From Rhizaria sp. SCN 62-66 (taxonomy: Eukaryota): a stretch of 64,000 nucleotides of DNA. Location of the stretch: the NCBI GenBank assembly GCA_001724265.1, contig MEDY01000031.1, forward strand, positions 1-64,000, read 5' to 3'. The notes under the pieces are model-generated. The model was not told the DNA's origin. It did no database searches and saw only the letters and a list, made by a program, of their open reading frames with translations. Both the position numbers and the translations under genes were made by a program. Positions 46,101-56,694 of the stretch are shown here, one piece after another (the first letter of the stretch is position 1; each line of letters begins with the position of its first letter).

Positions 46101-49100
46101 CCACCGCGCGATCGACCCGTTCGGCGAGGTCTTCCGCGCGGCGCCAGTGCTCGCGCGTGCCGCCCACGACACTGCGCTGGCCGTGGCACGCGCGCGCGGA
46201 GCCGGCGAGGCCGAGCTCAAGACGCTGGCGGCCTCAGCCACGGTGCCCATCGCGGCGCTGGTGCAGGACCTGCTGGCCGCGGCGCCGGGCCGCTCTGGCG
46301 CGCCCGCGGAGGCGTCCGGCGAGGGCGACGCAGGCGACCTCGCGCGCGCGCTCTTTGCCGACGTGGAGTCGTCGCGGCTGGAGCCGATCGGACGCGCTCT
46401 CGTGCTACACACGCAGTTTCGGCTGCCCACCACCGCCGACGCCGCCGGCCTGGACGCGAGCGCGCACGGCGGCATGTGCGGCGGGCCCGGCGGCGACCGC
46501 CGTGCGCCGACGATGTGCGTGACGCGCGCGCTGACCGAAGTGCGGTCCGTGATTACGACGCGCCAGCGCGAGTACCTGGAACGCAGTTACGCGTCCTACT
46601 CGCGCGGCGTGCTGTCGTACCTCTCCAACGTCGTCTTCCTGCGCAACAATCAACTTGCGCTGCACGGCATGTGGCTCGACGGCCTGCGCCACGGCGCGCT
46701 CACGCTTGACTTTGCCGCCGCGCGCGCCGCTGCCGTTATCGAGGGCGGCCCACAGGCGCAGAGAGCTGGCGCACGCGTCGGCATCACCTCGGCCGTGCCG
46801 CTGTTTCCGCTCGAGGGCTTCGTCAGCACGAACGCGCTCATCCCGCCGCCGCTCGACTACACAGGCTTTCTCGCCGCCGTGAGCGCCTTCGAGGCGTCGC
46901 GCAAGGGCACGTCCGTCGCGACCATTGTCGACATCCCCGCGGCCGTGTCTGCCGCCGCGGCGTCGGTCAGCTCCGACGCCGGCGCCGCGGCCGGCGCTGC
47001 CTACACCACGGTCGACGCGGGCGCGGCGGTGGACGCGAGCGGCGCCTCTGCGGCGACGGAAGAGACCCCCGAGCAGCGCGCGCTCGCCGCGCAGCGCGAG
47101 GCCGCGCGCGCCAAGGACATGCAGCTGCTGAACGCTGTGTGCGGCGCACCCTCGCTCTCCGTGTCGGCGTCGTCGTCGCGCGGCGCGGGCGACGACTCGG
47201 TGTACAAGTCCGTCATGTGGGCGCGTGCGTCCGTCGCGGCCTCAGTCTTTTACAAAAGCGTGTCGATGGGGCTGCCGATGAGCTCGCCACTGTACTCGCA
47301 GCTGCTGTCATTTCTCTCGCGCGCGGGCGACATGCGCCGCCTGCTGTCTGTGGCGCAGGCCATGGTGCGCGTGGGTTACGAGTGCGGCGCGTCGTTCCAC
47401 ACGTCGCTTGTGCGGCTCGCACTCGAGGAGCGCCAGTACGACGTTGTGGCGCTGCTCTACGACGCCTACCTGCAGGGCTGCGATGGTGACGACAGCACGG
47501 GCGTGCTGGGCATTGCGGCGTCGTCACCCGCGCCGCCGTCGCTCACGATGCTGCTGTCGATCGCGTCCGCGCACGCCAAGCGCGGCGACCTGTTCGAGAC
47601 GCTGCGCTGGGTCGACCGCGGCATGCTCTTCGCGCTCCACCTCACGCGCGTGTCACCGGCCTACGCGTCGCCCGCCGCCGTGGCCGAGCGCGCGCGCCGC
47701 GCGGCGCGGGACTTTGGCAGCGCGGACCGCGGCAACGACGACGACCCATTGTCGCCCGCCGCGCTGGTGCGCAACAAGAAGTACCTCTCCGACGCGGCGG
47801 GCGCACTGGCATACCTCAATATTACCTTCGGGCTGGCGACTGCGCCCGCGGCGAGTGCGACGGTGCCGGACCGGCAGGCCGCGCCGTACGTCGCGCTTGT
47901 CAATGCCACGTACCCGCTGGTGCCGTCGACGCACGCAGTACTGGCCGTGCGCGCCACGGGCCGCAGCACGCGCGGGCTTGACCGCGACGGCGCCGCTGCG
48001 CAGCTGCCTCTGGCGAGCGAGGTAGCGGCCTACGGTGGCGACGCCGCGGATGCGGGCGAGGCGGCCGACAAGCAGGCGCAGCGGAGGCGCGCGGCGCACG
48101 CGTATGACCCGCTGGACCTCATGTTGCTGCCCTCGGAGGCTGAGACCGCCAACGCGGCTGCGGCGGCGCAGGCGGCTGCCGCGGCGGGGCTTGCGCCCGT
48201 GCTGACGGCGCCGATGTGGCAGGCGCTGCTGACGGCCGTGCTGACGCACTACATGGACTTGGCTGACAAGCAGGGGCTCTCATTCTTCCCGCGGCCCAGT
48301 CCGCGCTCGCTGCGCCGCGCCTCGTCTCCGCGCGCCCCCGTACAGTACTACCTCCCGACCAACTATGCACCGCTGCCCGCGCTGGACCTGTCGACGCTGG
48401 CGCCTGACGAGCGCGCGCTGACAGAGACATTTTTCGGCCACGTGCTCGCACGCAAGGCCGCAGCGATGCAGCCGCCGCCGCCTTCCAACTCTGCGCCTGC
48501 GTCCGCCTCCACAAAGGGTCGCTCGAAGCAAGCCCACAAGCTACAACAACAGCAACAGCAGGCGCCGCGCGCGCCGGTGACGCTGGACCTGCTGGACGCG
48601 CTGGGCGGGCTGTTCGCGCTGGCGACGCACTACCAGGTGCCCGTGACGGCACAAGTCGTGGAACACGCGGCGCAGGCGATGCTGCGTCGCGGCGCGCCGC
48701 TGGCCGTGATCGACCTGCTGCTGGGCAAGATGACCGCGCAGGGCCACGCGCTGACGGCGTCGTGCCACGTCGCGCTTGTCAAGCTCTTCGCGCGCTACGG
48801 CCGCTGGCCCGAGGTGATGGCGCTCACGGCGCTGCTCAAGCCGCAGTTCCACGGCGCGCACCAGCGCGTGTTTGCGCAGATGCCGCCCGCGTGGCCCTCG
48901 GTTGCCGCGCTCCGGCTCGTGGGCCCCGGCGACGCCGCGCACGGCAACAGCAACGCCGCAGGCTCCCACGCCGGCGCCGCCAACGCCGCGCGCGGGCTCT
49001 TCAGTGTGCTCTCGCACGTCTTCCAGGCCGGGGCGCGGCTCGGCGACGAGACTGTGGCGATGGCGGCCTTCAACTCCGTCTCAGGCGCGCCTTCGGGCCC

Positions 49101-50322
49101 GCGTCCGCGGCTATTTCACTTCCTGTCGGCGTTCCAGGCGCTCGCCGTGCGCGGCCACGTGGAGCGGCTGCTGTTCGCGGCGAACCGCGCGCGCAACATC
49201 ATCGGTCTGCTGCCTACGCGCTCGGTGGACCTCAACGTGCTGGAGCTGCTGGCTGTGATGGGCCGCGCGTGGCTGCTGCGCGGGCGCCACGCGCTGCCGC
49301 CGCCGTTCCTGCACGCGCTGCTGAGCGCGCCGCCGCCCCTGGGCGCGCTGTCGATGGCGCAGCTGCGCGACGCCGTGGCGGCGCCGGACCGCTTTCCCGC
49401 GGGCGTGCGCACGCGCGCCGTCGCGATGGCGCCACTAACGGCCGCGGCCGACGAGACGCTGCTGCGCGGCTGGGTGCGCTCGCGCGACGAGCGAGCCAAG
49501 GCCGTGGCGCTGCGCATGGGCGAGGTGAGCCCGGCGATGGTGCAGATGCTGGATACGGTCGCTGACGCGCACGAGCGCATCTCTGCGCTCGCGAGCACGT
49601 GGCGCTCGCGGTGGAGCCCCGCCTCGGTCGCGGCTAACGCGGTGCCCGCGCCGGGGTCCGACGCTGCCGTCGCCGAGGTTATTGAGGCTGCCGAGGCTGC
49701 CGAGGCCGCGGAGGCTGCAACAGAGGCGGACAACGCCGCAGCGCTGGCCGCGGCGACTGCGCCCGTGCGCGTTGCCGCGCTGTCCCCTGCGCCGGAGCTG
49801 GACACAGAGACGGAGACCGAGGTGGGCGCACTGACTGAGCGCGAGGACGGTGAAGCCCGCGAGGCGACGCGCGCTGTGGCGTGCAGCGCGACTGCGGCGC
49901 GGAAGGCCCGTCTCGCGCGCGGGGCGCTGACCGCAGCGGGCGAGGAAACCGTTTCCGGCTCAGAAGCCGAGGCCGAGGTAGAGGCAGAGTCCACAGATAC
50001 TGAGGCCGAGACCGCCGTTGTCGGGGAGTCTAGTCCCGCGTTGCAGACTGCCGACGCCGAGGCAGAGGCTGTGGCCGAGGAAGACGCTGAGGACATGGTT
50101 GGCACGGGTTTGTTCCTGGCGACGATCCAGGACGAGTCCACCATCACGCTCACGGACGAGGAGGTCGCTGAGCAGCGCGAGCTCTTCCGCTCAATCGGGC
50201 TACCCGACCGTCTGATGCCCAACACGGGCGCGCGTATTGACCGTTTCCGCTTCCGCGCAGCAAGCGCTTATGCCGAGCAGCAGTCCCAGCACCAACGTCA
50301 GCAACAGTGGGCTGAGATTTAA
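43156..50322 (+). CDS. Large alpha-helical repeat protein, PPR-like, probable mitochondrial presequence (2388 aa)
   Basis: Single ORF ending TAA. R/S/A/L-rich, acid-poor N-terminus (MLTKGGLRAAALVRSINT...RPFSS). PPR-like units LYSQLLSFLSRAGDMRRLLSVAQAMVRVGYECGASFHTSLVRLAL and SCHVALVKLFARYGRWPEVMAL. The CDS is secure; the PPR call is tentative. Confidence 0.6.
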   Translation: MLTKGGLRAAALVRSINTVALSCTSALQTARAAVTRPELPPASPAARFPVVPSDTSSAPIATSMASAARPSVHALPVRPFSSAPAATVAPSASAGPMLMSHAHLSIHRRRRARPRDLRPGAVLPGDFVPTAVDYAALRRAVPLEQQYARGAATGLLQLAPRAPAAVAVHHIVAMVAKNHSRHLIAPLLAAVRRDPAMSSLLWAHLLNALASYRLELEFLDSVVYLLSRSPVPWAVDPVLVATIVTGLNRFGLHGCSVAFFAHYAQCDADAALFQAQDALSDRAVINRSRAAAAARQESDAAHLNAAAAARRDAEREEHGALSAGGRGGRGESTMPWLLGDDIHGGYGYGGYGGGYFDGGGDSGYGDSGGAESSEEARAARTMARYSLSVNSFLFAHTPRRLLSADALPLSSSSAGLPRRAAARPAPQHGHTNGNGNGSGARGPLPSAVRLTGAVAGTGTGSSTNAATAPGADPDLLPTLADPATSTAAPAGLASASAGPAWATARALRNTQRFVGHILSRGEGAAGDAYDAAALGLGSSAGGGGGAQTGGQALGLDGLPVRRSGLAAGRPALSAGDIWRATRSAVRGEVNMLDLPSDLSGFPAGGGEDKIVPEVLGFAVEYMSSRITPRAADAFVGEYLEWDAHLTHGRLARELGEDFDCRGYSEHDPDATPHSPASAAAAAESVPASTGTAGASGGTEYVLPEARVAVPPASLLRSLPQTFATQAPVHTGLQYLDSTLVNLGMFWSHSPLHWVALQTCVRDISGDYWDRVLRYNDSSLAGPGSAASGVTAGVGANLGFGFAPGAPPALTASAAQAVAAATGVQSQVPCFPDPVTATAQSQPLLVALTAARRALELTEAGALFSLEHPAVTTAHELEQLRTDIFAFAPYDHRPYDDNALVRLHQSHQAASAATAAAEAATVAAEAAASEANQAGGGAGPVDAYTATVAADAAAASTAAGAAMGAYYANQAALKNHLRSLLTFHRAIDPFGEVFRAAPVLARAAHDTALAVARARGAGEAELKTLAASATVPIAALVQDLLAAAPGRSGAPAEASGEGDAGDLARALFADVESSRLEPIGRALVLHTQFRLPTTADAAGLDASAHGGMCGGPGGDRRAPTMCVTRALTEVRSVITTRQREYLERSYASYSRGVLSYLSNVVFLRNNQLALHGMWLDGLRHGALTLDFAAARAAAVIEGGPQAQRAGARVGITSAVPLFPLEGFVSTNALIPPPLDYTGFLAAVSAFEASRKGTSVATIVDIPAAVSAAAASVSSDAGAAAGAAYTTVDAGAAVDASGASAATEETPEQRALAAQREAARAKDMQLLNAVCGAPSLSVSASSSRGAGDDSVYKSVMWARASVAASVFYKSVSMGLPMSSPLYSQLLSFLSRAGDMRRLLSVAQAMVRVGYECGASFHTSLVRLALEERQYDVVALLYDAYLQGCDGDDSTGVLGIAASSPAPPSLTMLLSIASAHAKRGDLFETLRWVDRGMLFALHLTRVSPAYASPAAVAERARRAARDFGSADRGNDDDPLSPAALVRNKKYLSDAAGALAYLNITFGLATAPAASATVPDRQAAPYVALVNATYPLVPSTHAVLAVRATGRSTRGLDRDGAAAQLPLASEVAAYGGDAADAGEAADKQAQRRRAAHAYDPLDLMLLPSEAETANAAAAAQAAAAAGLAPVLTAPMWQALLTAVLTHYMDLADKQGLSFFPRPSPRSLRRASSPRAPVQYYLPTNYAPLPALDLSTLAPDERALTETFFGHVLARKAAAMQPPPPSNSAPASASTKGRSKQAHKLQQQQQQAPRAPVTLDLLDALGGLFALATHYQVPVTAQVVEHAAQAMLRRGAPLAVIDLLLGKMTAQGHALTASCHVALVKLFARYGRWPEVMALTALLKPQFHGAHQRVFAQMPPAWPSVAALRLVGPGDAAHGNSNAAGSHAGAANAARGLFSVLSHVFQAGARLGDETVAMAAFNSVSGAPSGPRPRLFHFLSAFQALAVRGHVERLLFAANRARNIIGLLPTRSVDLNVLELLAVMGRAWLLRGRHALPPPFLHALLSAPPPLGALSMAQLRDAVAAPDRFPAGVRTRAVAMAPLTAAADETLLRGWVRSRDERAKAVALRMGEVSPAMVQMLDTVADAHERISALASTWRSRWSPASVAANAVPAPGSDAAVAEVIEAAEAAEAAEAATEADNAAALAAATAPVRVAALSPAPELDTETETEVGALTEREDGEAREATRAVACSATAARKARLARGALTAAGEETVSGSEAEAEVEAESTDTEAETAVVGESSPALQTADAEAEAVAEEDAEDMVGTGLFLATIQDESTITLTDEEVAEQRELFRSIGLPDRLMPNTGARIDRFRFRAASAYAEQQSQHQRQQQWAEI

Positions 50323-50876
50323 CTAAAACGAATTTGTGACATTTATTTATTACGTGATCCAACCTAACCATGGTTATTCTACTCAATATACATACAAATA
50401 CTGCATTACTACACTGCAGTTCGCCACTTTGTCTTCATCAACTTGCTTCTGACCACAAATGCATTTGCTGTTTGGCTGACCAACCAAAGTCAAGGGCCGT
50501 TTTTGGGCGATCACTAGAGTGACACATAGTCCGTTACTTCGTGACTACTGATCATTTTCTATATAAATTCTTTATGATCTACGTCTTTGTTTCATAATTC
50601 TTCTAGAAACCTTGATTTCCTCTCCGTACGCGAGCTTTTCACATCACATCCCTCCTTCCCAACTTCCGCCTTCTATTTTACTCGACTATTCCCCTCTATC
50701 TTCAACCCACCACGCTCAGCGTCTTCCAGAGCTTAGGCTCACAGAAATAGCCGCTCTTACACATCTACCGTCATTGTCACAAGGCACAAACCGATCTCTA
50801 AGCGTTCTGTTTGATCCTGTAACTCCCCGAGCTTGCACATAACTCTAACCACTCCAACAGTACAAAGAACTCTACG

Positions 50877-52095
50877 ATGAGCTTCCTTTGGGATTTCACC
50901 AAGTCCATTGCGCGCGAGGTCGCGATTGACGTGGGCATCTCGCTGCTGGTTGAAGCCGCGCTGTCTTACATCACGACGAACTCGTCCGTGACGTACAGCG
51001 CGCCGCAGATGTCGCGGCTGCGCCAGATGATGAACGTCGCCGCCAAGCGCTTCCGCCGCGGCGAGGACATCTCGCAGTCAGTCGCAGGCATCTGCGCGCT
51101 CGTCGCGCCCGGCGCCGGCTCGGGCATGTCCGACGCGCTGATGGCGATCTTCGCCGGCAACGGCTCACAGTCACCCTCCTCCTCATCGTCGTCGATGCCG
51201 TCGTCGCAGTCGTCGCAGTCGTCGCGCGAGCGTGAGCAGGAGCGCGCCCGGGAGCGCGAGCGCGAGCGCGCGCAGTACCAGCGCCAACAGCAGCAGCGCC
51301 AGCAGCAACAGCAGCAACAACAGCAGCAGACGCAACAGCACTCGCAGGAGTACCGGTCGCGCGACGGCGTGCGCGTGAGCGGTCCCGCGGCGCCCTTCTT
51401 CGGCTGGCTGTTCGGGCTGAGTCCGGCGTCGCCAACGGCGGCCGACGCCGAGGACGCGACCATCGCGCAGCGCCGCGCACGCACGCGCGAGTTGGGCGCG
51501 GAGGAGTTTGAGGCAGAGGCATCGGACGCGGTCGCGCAGCAAGAGCAGCGCGAGCTCCGCGACACGCTTGTCAACGTACGTCGTCAAAACTCGTTTTTGT
51601 GGGACTATTCTTCGATTAAGCGCAACTATTGTAGTGTGCTTTCAATGTCGTGATATTCTCATTGGAAAAATTGCTTGTATTTAATTCGTTTAATGAATAT
51701 TTAATCACGTTATCTCTGTCTTTTGTCATTTATCATTTGTCTAGCGCTTCGGCATCTCCGCAGCGCGAGTGGATGCGATCCCCGCTCCGCTGCGCTGGTC
51801 ACTTCTCACGGTCCTCGAAGAGAACCCGCAGTGTTGCATCTCGCTCGAGCCGCGCGTGGACGAGCGCACGGGCCGCGTCGTGCCGGGCACCGTTGTGCTG
51901 TTCCAGCGCATGGACGGCGCCATCGGCGGCTCGGCCGCGGGTGGCACTGGTGGCGCGGCAGAGCGCAAGGCGTTCCACGCATATCTCTACGAGAAGAGCT
52001 CCATCGACGACTGGTTTAGCGCGTCGGGCCGCGCCACGAACCCCGTGACGCGCGACGCCGTCGATGTCGACTCGCAGTACTTTACGCTCGCCTGA
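50877..52095 (+). CDS. Protein with C-terminal U-box/RING-like domain (2 exons, 349 aa)
   Basis: Exons 50877-51575 and 51745-52095, phase 0. C-terminus CCISLEP...YLYEKSSIDDWF...TNPVTRDAV fits the U-box pattern C-x-I...Y-E-x-x-x-I-x-x-W...P-x-T-R. Stop TGA. Confidence 0.7.
51576..51744 (+). other. Spliceosomal intron
   Basis: GTACGT...TTTGTCTAG, AT-rich, phase 0. Confidence 0.85.
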
Positions 52096-52620
52096 GTGCG
52101 CTTGCTAGTGAGAGGTGGTGGTTCAGAGTATGCTGGATATGCTGGACGCAGGCCAGGAGTTGTTTGTTTTGAGTCTGTATATGCGCTCTGGTGAAGAGAT
52201 ACACCACTATACATGAGATGACTACATAATACACATTTGATTCTCCAACTTATGTGTGGTATTCTTATCTATGATATTCCGGAACATGTCATGCCTTGAT
52301 CTAAATTTGATTGTGGTGAGGATGACTTTGTCTCCTTAATCCCTGTCAGCGACGTAGGCAGAGGGCTATCACAAATCCGATGTCATGTGCCGATCGTCAA
52401 ATGATTTACACGTATGATTGTGTATAACAGCGCTTACTATTGTATCCTTGATCTTGTTATGCATGTGCAAACACCCGTTACAGTCGTGCATATTGGTCGT
52501 ACTTTCGGTATGCCCAGATTCCCATCCACTTTTTTTCTCACGCTGTTTATGTGCTTCTATCACACTCATCAGCCTCCTCAATTTCCTTACCTCTATTTTA
52601 AACTACCACTATTTGTACAG

Positions 52621-54860
52621 ATGGAGGCACTTTGCTTTGCAGGATGGAAAATTGGGAAGAAAATCGTGCTAAACTCTGCGGTGAACACGGGCAACTCGTT
52701 GCTCGTCGAGACGATTGTGCGCATCTTCTGCCGTAGTAATAAGAAGATCACCGAAAAGGACAAGAAAGAGCTTCGCGAGCTCATTGTTGAGGTTCTTAAG
52801 CGCGCCAACGACGATGAAGACGTGACTATCCCGATTGCGGTGCTTTGCTTCCGCTTCGCGCCTGACCGCGTTGACCTGGTCAAGGCAGTCAACCGGCTTG
52901 TCTTCGGCTCCTCCAAGAGCAAGGGCGGCAAGAAGAAGAAGAGCAAGGCGCCCATCAAGGGGCTTGACGATGACCCCGATATGGTGCGCCGCGCCGAGGC
53001 TGCTTCCTCTGGCTTTGACATTACTGCCGATGATGATGCCGTGAACAAGGCAATAGCCGACGCCACTGCGGGCGGCCCTCCTCTGCCGGGCGCTCACAGC
53101 GGCGTCACGCTTGACGACATAAATAGCAACCCTCACGGCCTGCACGGTGTTCACGCCTACGGTTGTCCGTACCCCGGCACGCACGCGCACGGCGGTGGCG
53201 TCGGCATGTCGAGCGAGGAGCTCCACGCGCGCTTCGAACGTACGCGGCTGCATCACGACGCGCTGTTGCGTCAGCACGAGCACATGTACGAGCACGCTCA
53301 CGGCCACGGCCACGGACAGGTCAACGAGACATCTGATGCGAAGGCGGAGACTGACGGCACGAAGAAAAATAAGGAGAAGAAGGACAAGAAGGACAAAAAG
53401 GGTGATAAGAACGCTGCCGAGCCCGTCAGCACGTCGGGCAAGACCTTGGGCGAGCGCGCGGCCGCTGCGTCCGGCGGGGCTGCCGTGTCCGCGGGCGAGG
53501 CCGTGTTGAAGAAGGCGACCAAGAAGCCGCTGACGCACAAGGACATGCAGGCAATCCAGGACGACCCGGCGCGCTGGGCGCACGACAGGCTGGTCAAGGC
53601 CACGACGGCCGCCGCGCAGGACGCCGTGGACAAGCAGTTCGAGCGCGCGATGGACGCGACGCTGGGCGCGATGTTCGACTCGACCTCCGAGGACGACGAC
53701 GAGGACGAGGACGAAAGCGAGTCTGAGGCCGAGTGCGCGGCCAAGAAGGGCAAAGACGCTGGCAAAGACGCTGCGAATGGCAAGGCCGCTCCTCTTGCCC
53801 CTGTGAAGCCGTCTGCTGCCGGTCCCGCGAGCATTGCTGGTGCAGTCGCCCCCGTCGCCGCGAAAACCGACACCAAGCCCACCGAGGCCAAGACCGCGGA
53901 CGCGTCGCCTACGGCCGCCAAGAGCGATGGCGGCGGCGAGTCATGGGGCACCAGCGTGAACAAGAACGTCAATAAGGGCGTCAGCTACGTGAAGTGGGCA
54001 CTGGGCATGATCGGGCCACAGTCGGCTGCGACGACCGCTGCGCCTGCTGCGGCGACGATGACTCCGGGACAGTACAACTCCGTGCAACAGTACCATAGTC
54101 ATCAACATCAGCAGCATCAGCAGTCTGCTCCGCAGCTACAGTTCGCTCCCCAACAGCAGCAGCAACAGTTCGTCCCTCAACAGCAGCAACCACAGCAACC
54201 GCTGACCCCGCAGCACCAGGCGCAGCTGCAGCAGCAGGCGCGTGCGCAGCTGCAGCAGCCGCTGCAGTACGTTGGCCAGCTCACGGTCAAGCCGGGCGAC
54301 CGCTCGCAGTTCCGTCCAGGCCACACGTACGTGCAGGTTCCCGGCAACCAAACGCTGTTCAACGTCTACGTGCCGCTGCAGCAGCCGCAGGCGCCGCCGC
54401 CGCAGATGCAGTATCACCACTCGATGCCCCCGCAAAAGCAGCAACAGCAGCAGCAGCCGCAGCAGCCTGGCCAGCCGCCGTTGTCGCCGGGCCCGCTGCA
54501 GCCGTCCATCTCCGCTTCGTCGTCGTCTTCACTGGGCTTGCTGCAGGCGTCGTCTTCGTTCGCGTCCTCGATGGGTGGCCCTGGAACGCCAATGCCGACG
54601 CCCGTTGCGGGCTACGCGCATATTCACCCGCAACAGCAGCCGCAACCTCAGTATGCACAGCAGCCGCAACAGTTTTCGCAGCAGCAGCCGCCGCAGCTGC
54701 AGCAGCAACAGTCGGTGTACGGTCAGTACCCGCAGCAGTACCTCCAGCAGCAGCAGCAGCAGCAGCAGCAACAGTACTCGCCACACCAGCATCAACAGCC
54801 ACACCAGCATCAGCAGCTCCAGCAGTATCAGCAGCACCAGCAGTATCAGCAGCCCTATTC

Positions 54861-54926
<66 letters not shown>

Positions 54927-56044
54927 TCCTCCTCAGCAGTATCCTCAAGGCGGCCAGTACCAGCAGCATCACCCGCAACAACACTACCAACATTACCCGC
55001 CCCCGCATCAGCAGCAGTACGCGGCCCCTCAACAACATCAGCAGCCGCCGCAGCCGCCCGTGCTTGCAAACACGGCGGCGCCGCCTCCCCGCAACAGCGC
55101 GGCAGTGCGCAATAGCGCCGCGGCAGGTGCGCATGCGGCCGGTGCGCATGTGACTGCCGGACCCGCGGCTGCTGCACCCGCGGCTGCGGCGACTGCAGGT
55201 GCGGCAACTGCGGCTGCGGCGCAGGTTGCGACGGCCGCCGCTGACTCCAGCGCAGCCGTGGCGAAGCCTTGCGCCGCTGAATCTGGCTCTGAGACTGGCG
55301 TCGAGGCGGACTATACGCAGCCCCCGCCGCCCGTTTGCGGGAAGCTTCCCTCCATGGCCGCGGACGGCGACGGCGGCGCGGACCCCGACGCTGATGCCAG
55401 TATTAACGCTGGCGTTGACGAGACTGAGGACGACGCGGCGCCGTCGTATGCTGAGGCTGTGAGCCCCACTGCAAAGAAGGGCGCTGCGGTGATGGAGCAG
55501 GTCTACACGACGCTTGTCATGGTACGTCCTAATCCGGTCACCTATCCACACGCTTTGTATTGATTGATTCTTTTTTTTTTTTTTAATCACTTGGCATTGC
55601 TTCAATGTTGCATTACTTCTGCGACGGATGGTACCATCTCACTATCATAGTTATATCACCTCTCTTTATTTCATCTCTCTTTTTTGTTTCTTTCTTTTAC
55701 AGGGCTTCGGCGTTTCGCCTGACTGCCTGGACGCGATCCCGCCGCTGTTGTGGTGGGCGCTGCTGTCCGCGCTGCTTGCCGAGCCCACATGCAGCCTTTC
55801 CGGCCGCAGTCTCCTCAGCGACGACTCGTGTCTCTTGCCCGGCGCCGTCGTCAGCTTCGCGCAGGCTCCCGCACAGGCTGAGGAGGCTAACCCCGACGCC
55901 GAGACCGTCGCCGAAGCTGAGGCGGACACGGAGAAAGACGCCGACGAGGAGCCGGAGTTTGTGGCCACGCTGTTTGACCGCGCTCACCTCGAGGCGCGGG
56001 ACGCGACCAGCGCCGAGCCGACGCAGTGCTTTGCGCTCGTGTGA
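52621..56044 (+). CDS. Tandem paralog of the 50877 gene with expanded Gln/Pro-rich linker and degenerate U-box-like end (2 exons, 1080 aa)
   Basis: Exons 52621-55521 and 55703-56044. N- and C-terminal blocks align by eye with the upstream gene and the intron is at the same position. Stop TGA. Confidence 0.75.
54862..54924 (+). repeat. Perfect (CAG)21 microsatellite, poly-Gln
   Basis: Directly visible. Confidence 0.95.
55522..55702 (+). other. Spliceosomal intron
   Basis: GTACGT...TTCTTTTACAG, T-rich, phase 0. Confidence 0.85.
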
Positions 56045-56694
56045 GAAAGCTTGTGTGAGCAACACGTGCGATGAACGCAAAGGTGACGCGGCGGCCACGA
56101 TTTCAGGCACAACAAACACGGTCTTTACTTGCTGAATGGTTCATTATGAGATTTTGTTTCCAACCCCACTGTTGGACAGTGCGGTTTTGCGTAGGACGAA
56201 CGTAATGGCTGCATGACTGTTACACGCACTCCTCTTGTCAGCCTGTTTAAGTTTCATTCTGATGTGACTAAAGTGATTCCAAGTTGTTTATTTTAATTAT
56301 TCATTTTATAATACATGATGTACCTCTATATTACGAAATGACCGTTTGAAGTGGTGAAATGTTGTGGTACTAGCTCAATTTCTGTCCCACCACAACCGTT
56401 TCGACAAACAATGATTGGACAAGCCCATGCGAGATTGGATAATGGGCAGGCCTGCACACCTCAAAGAGACCGTTAACTCATATTACCTGCGTGTTCCTTA
56501 TTTAGCACAGCATTTTGTGCGTATGTTCAAATTTGAGACCCGTCTAATGTCCTCTAATGGTGTCCTTTATCCTCCAAACTAACACCTCTTCCACTTCTTC
56601 TTCATCCACTAAATGCTACCATATATCAGACCACAACAGCTCAGGAAGACGTGATACTACCTAAATATAGACACATTGAAGTTTCACGGGCGAG

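Noticed and set aside
52414-52620. Track N-terminal extensions of ORFs at 52414 and 42615
   Set aside because: AT-rich intron/UTR-like sequence ending in YAG just before a downstream ATG; paralog alignment supports the 52621 start.
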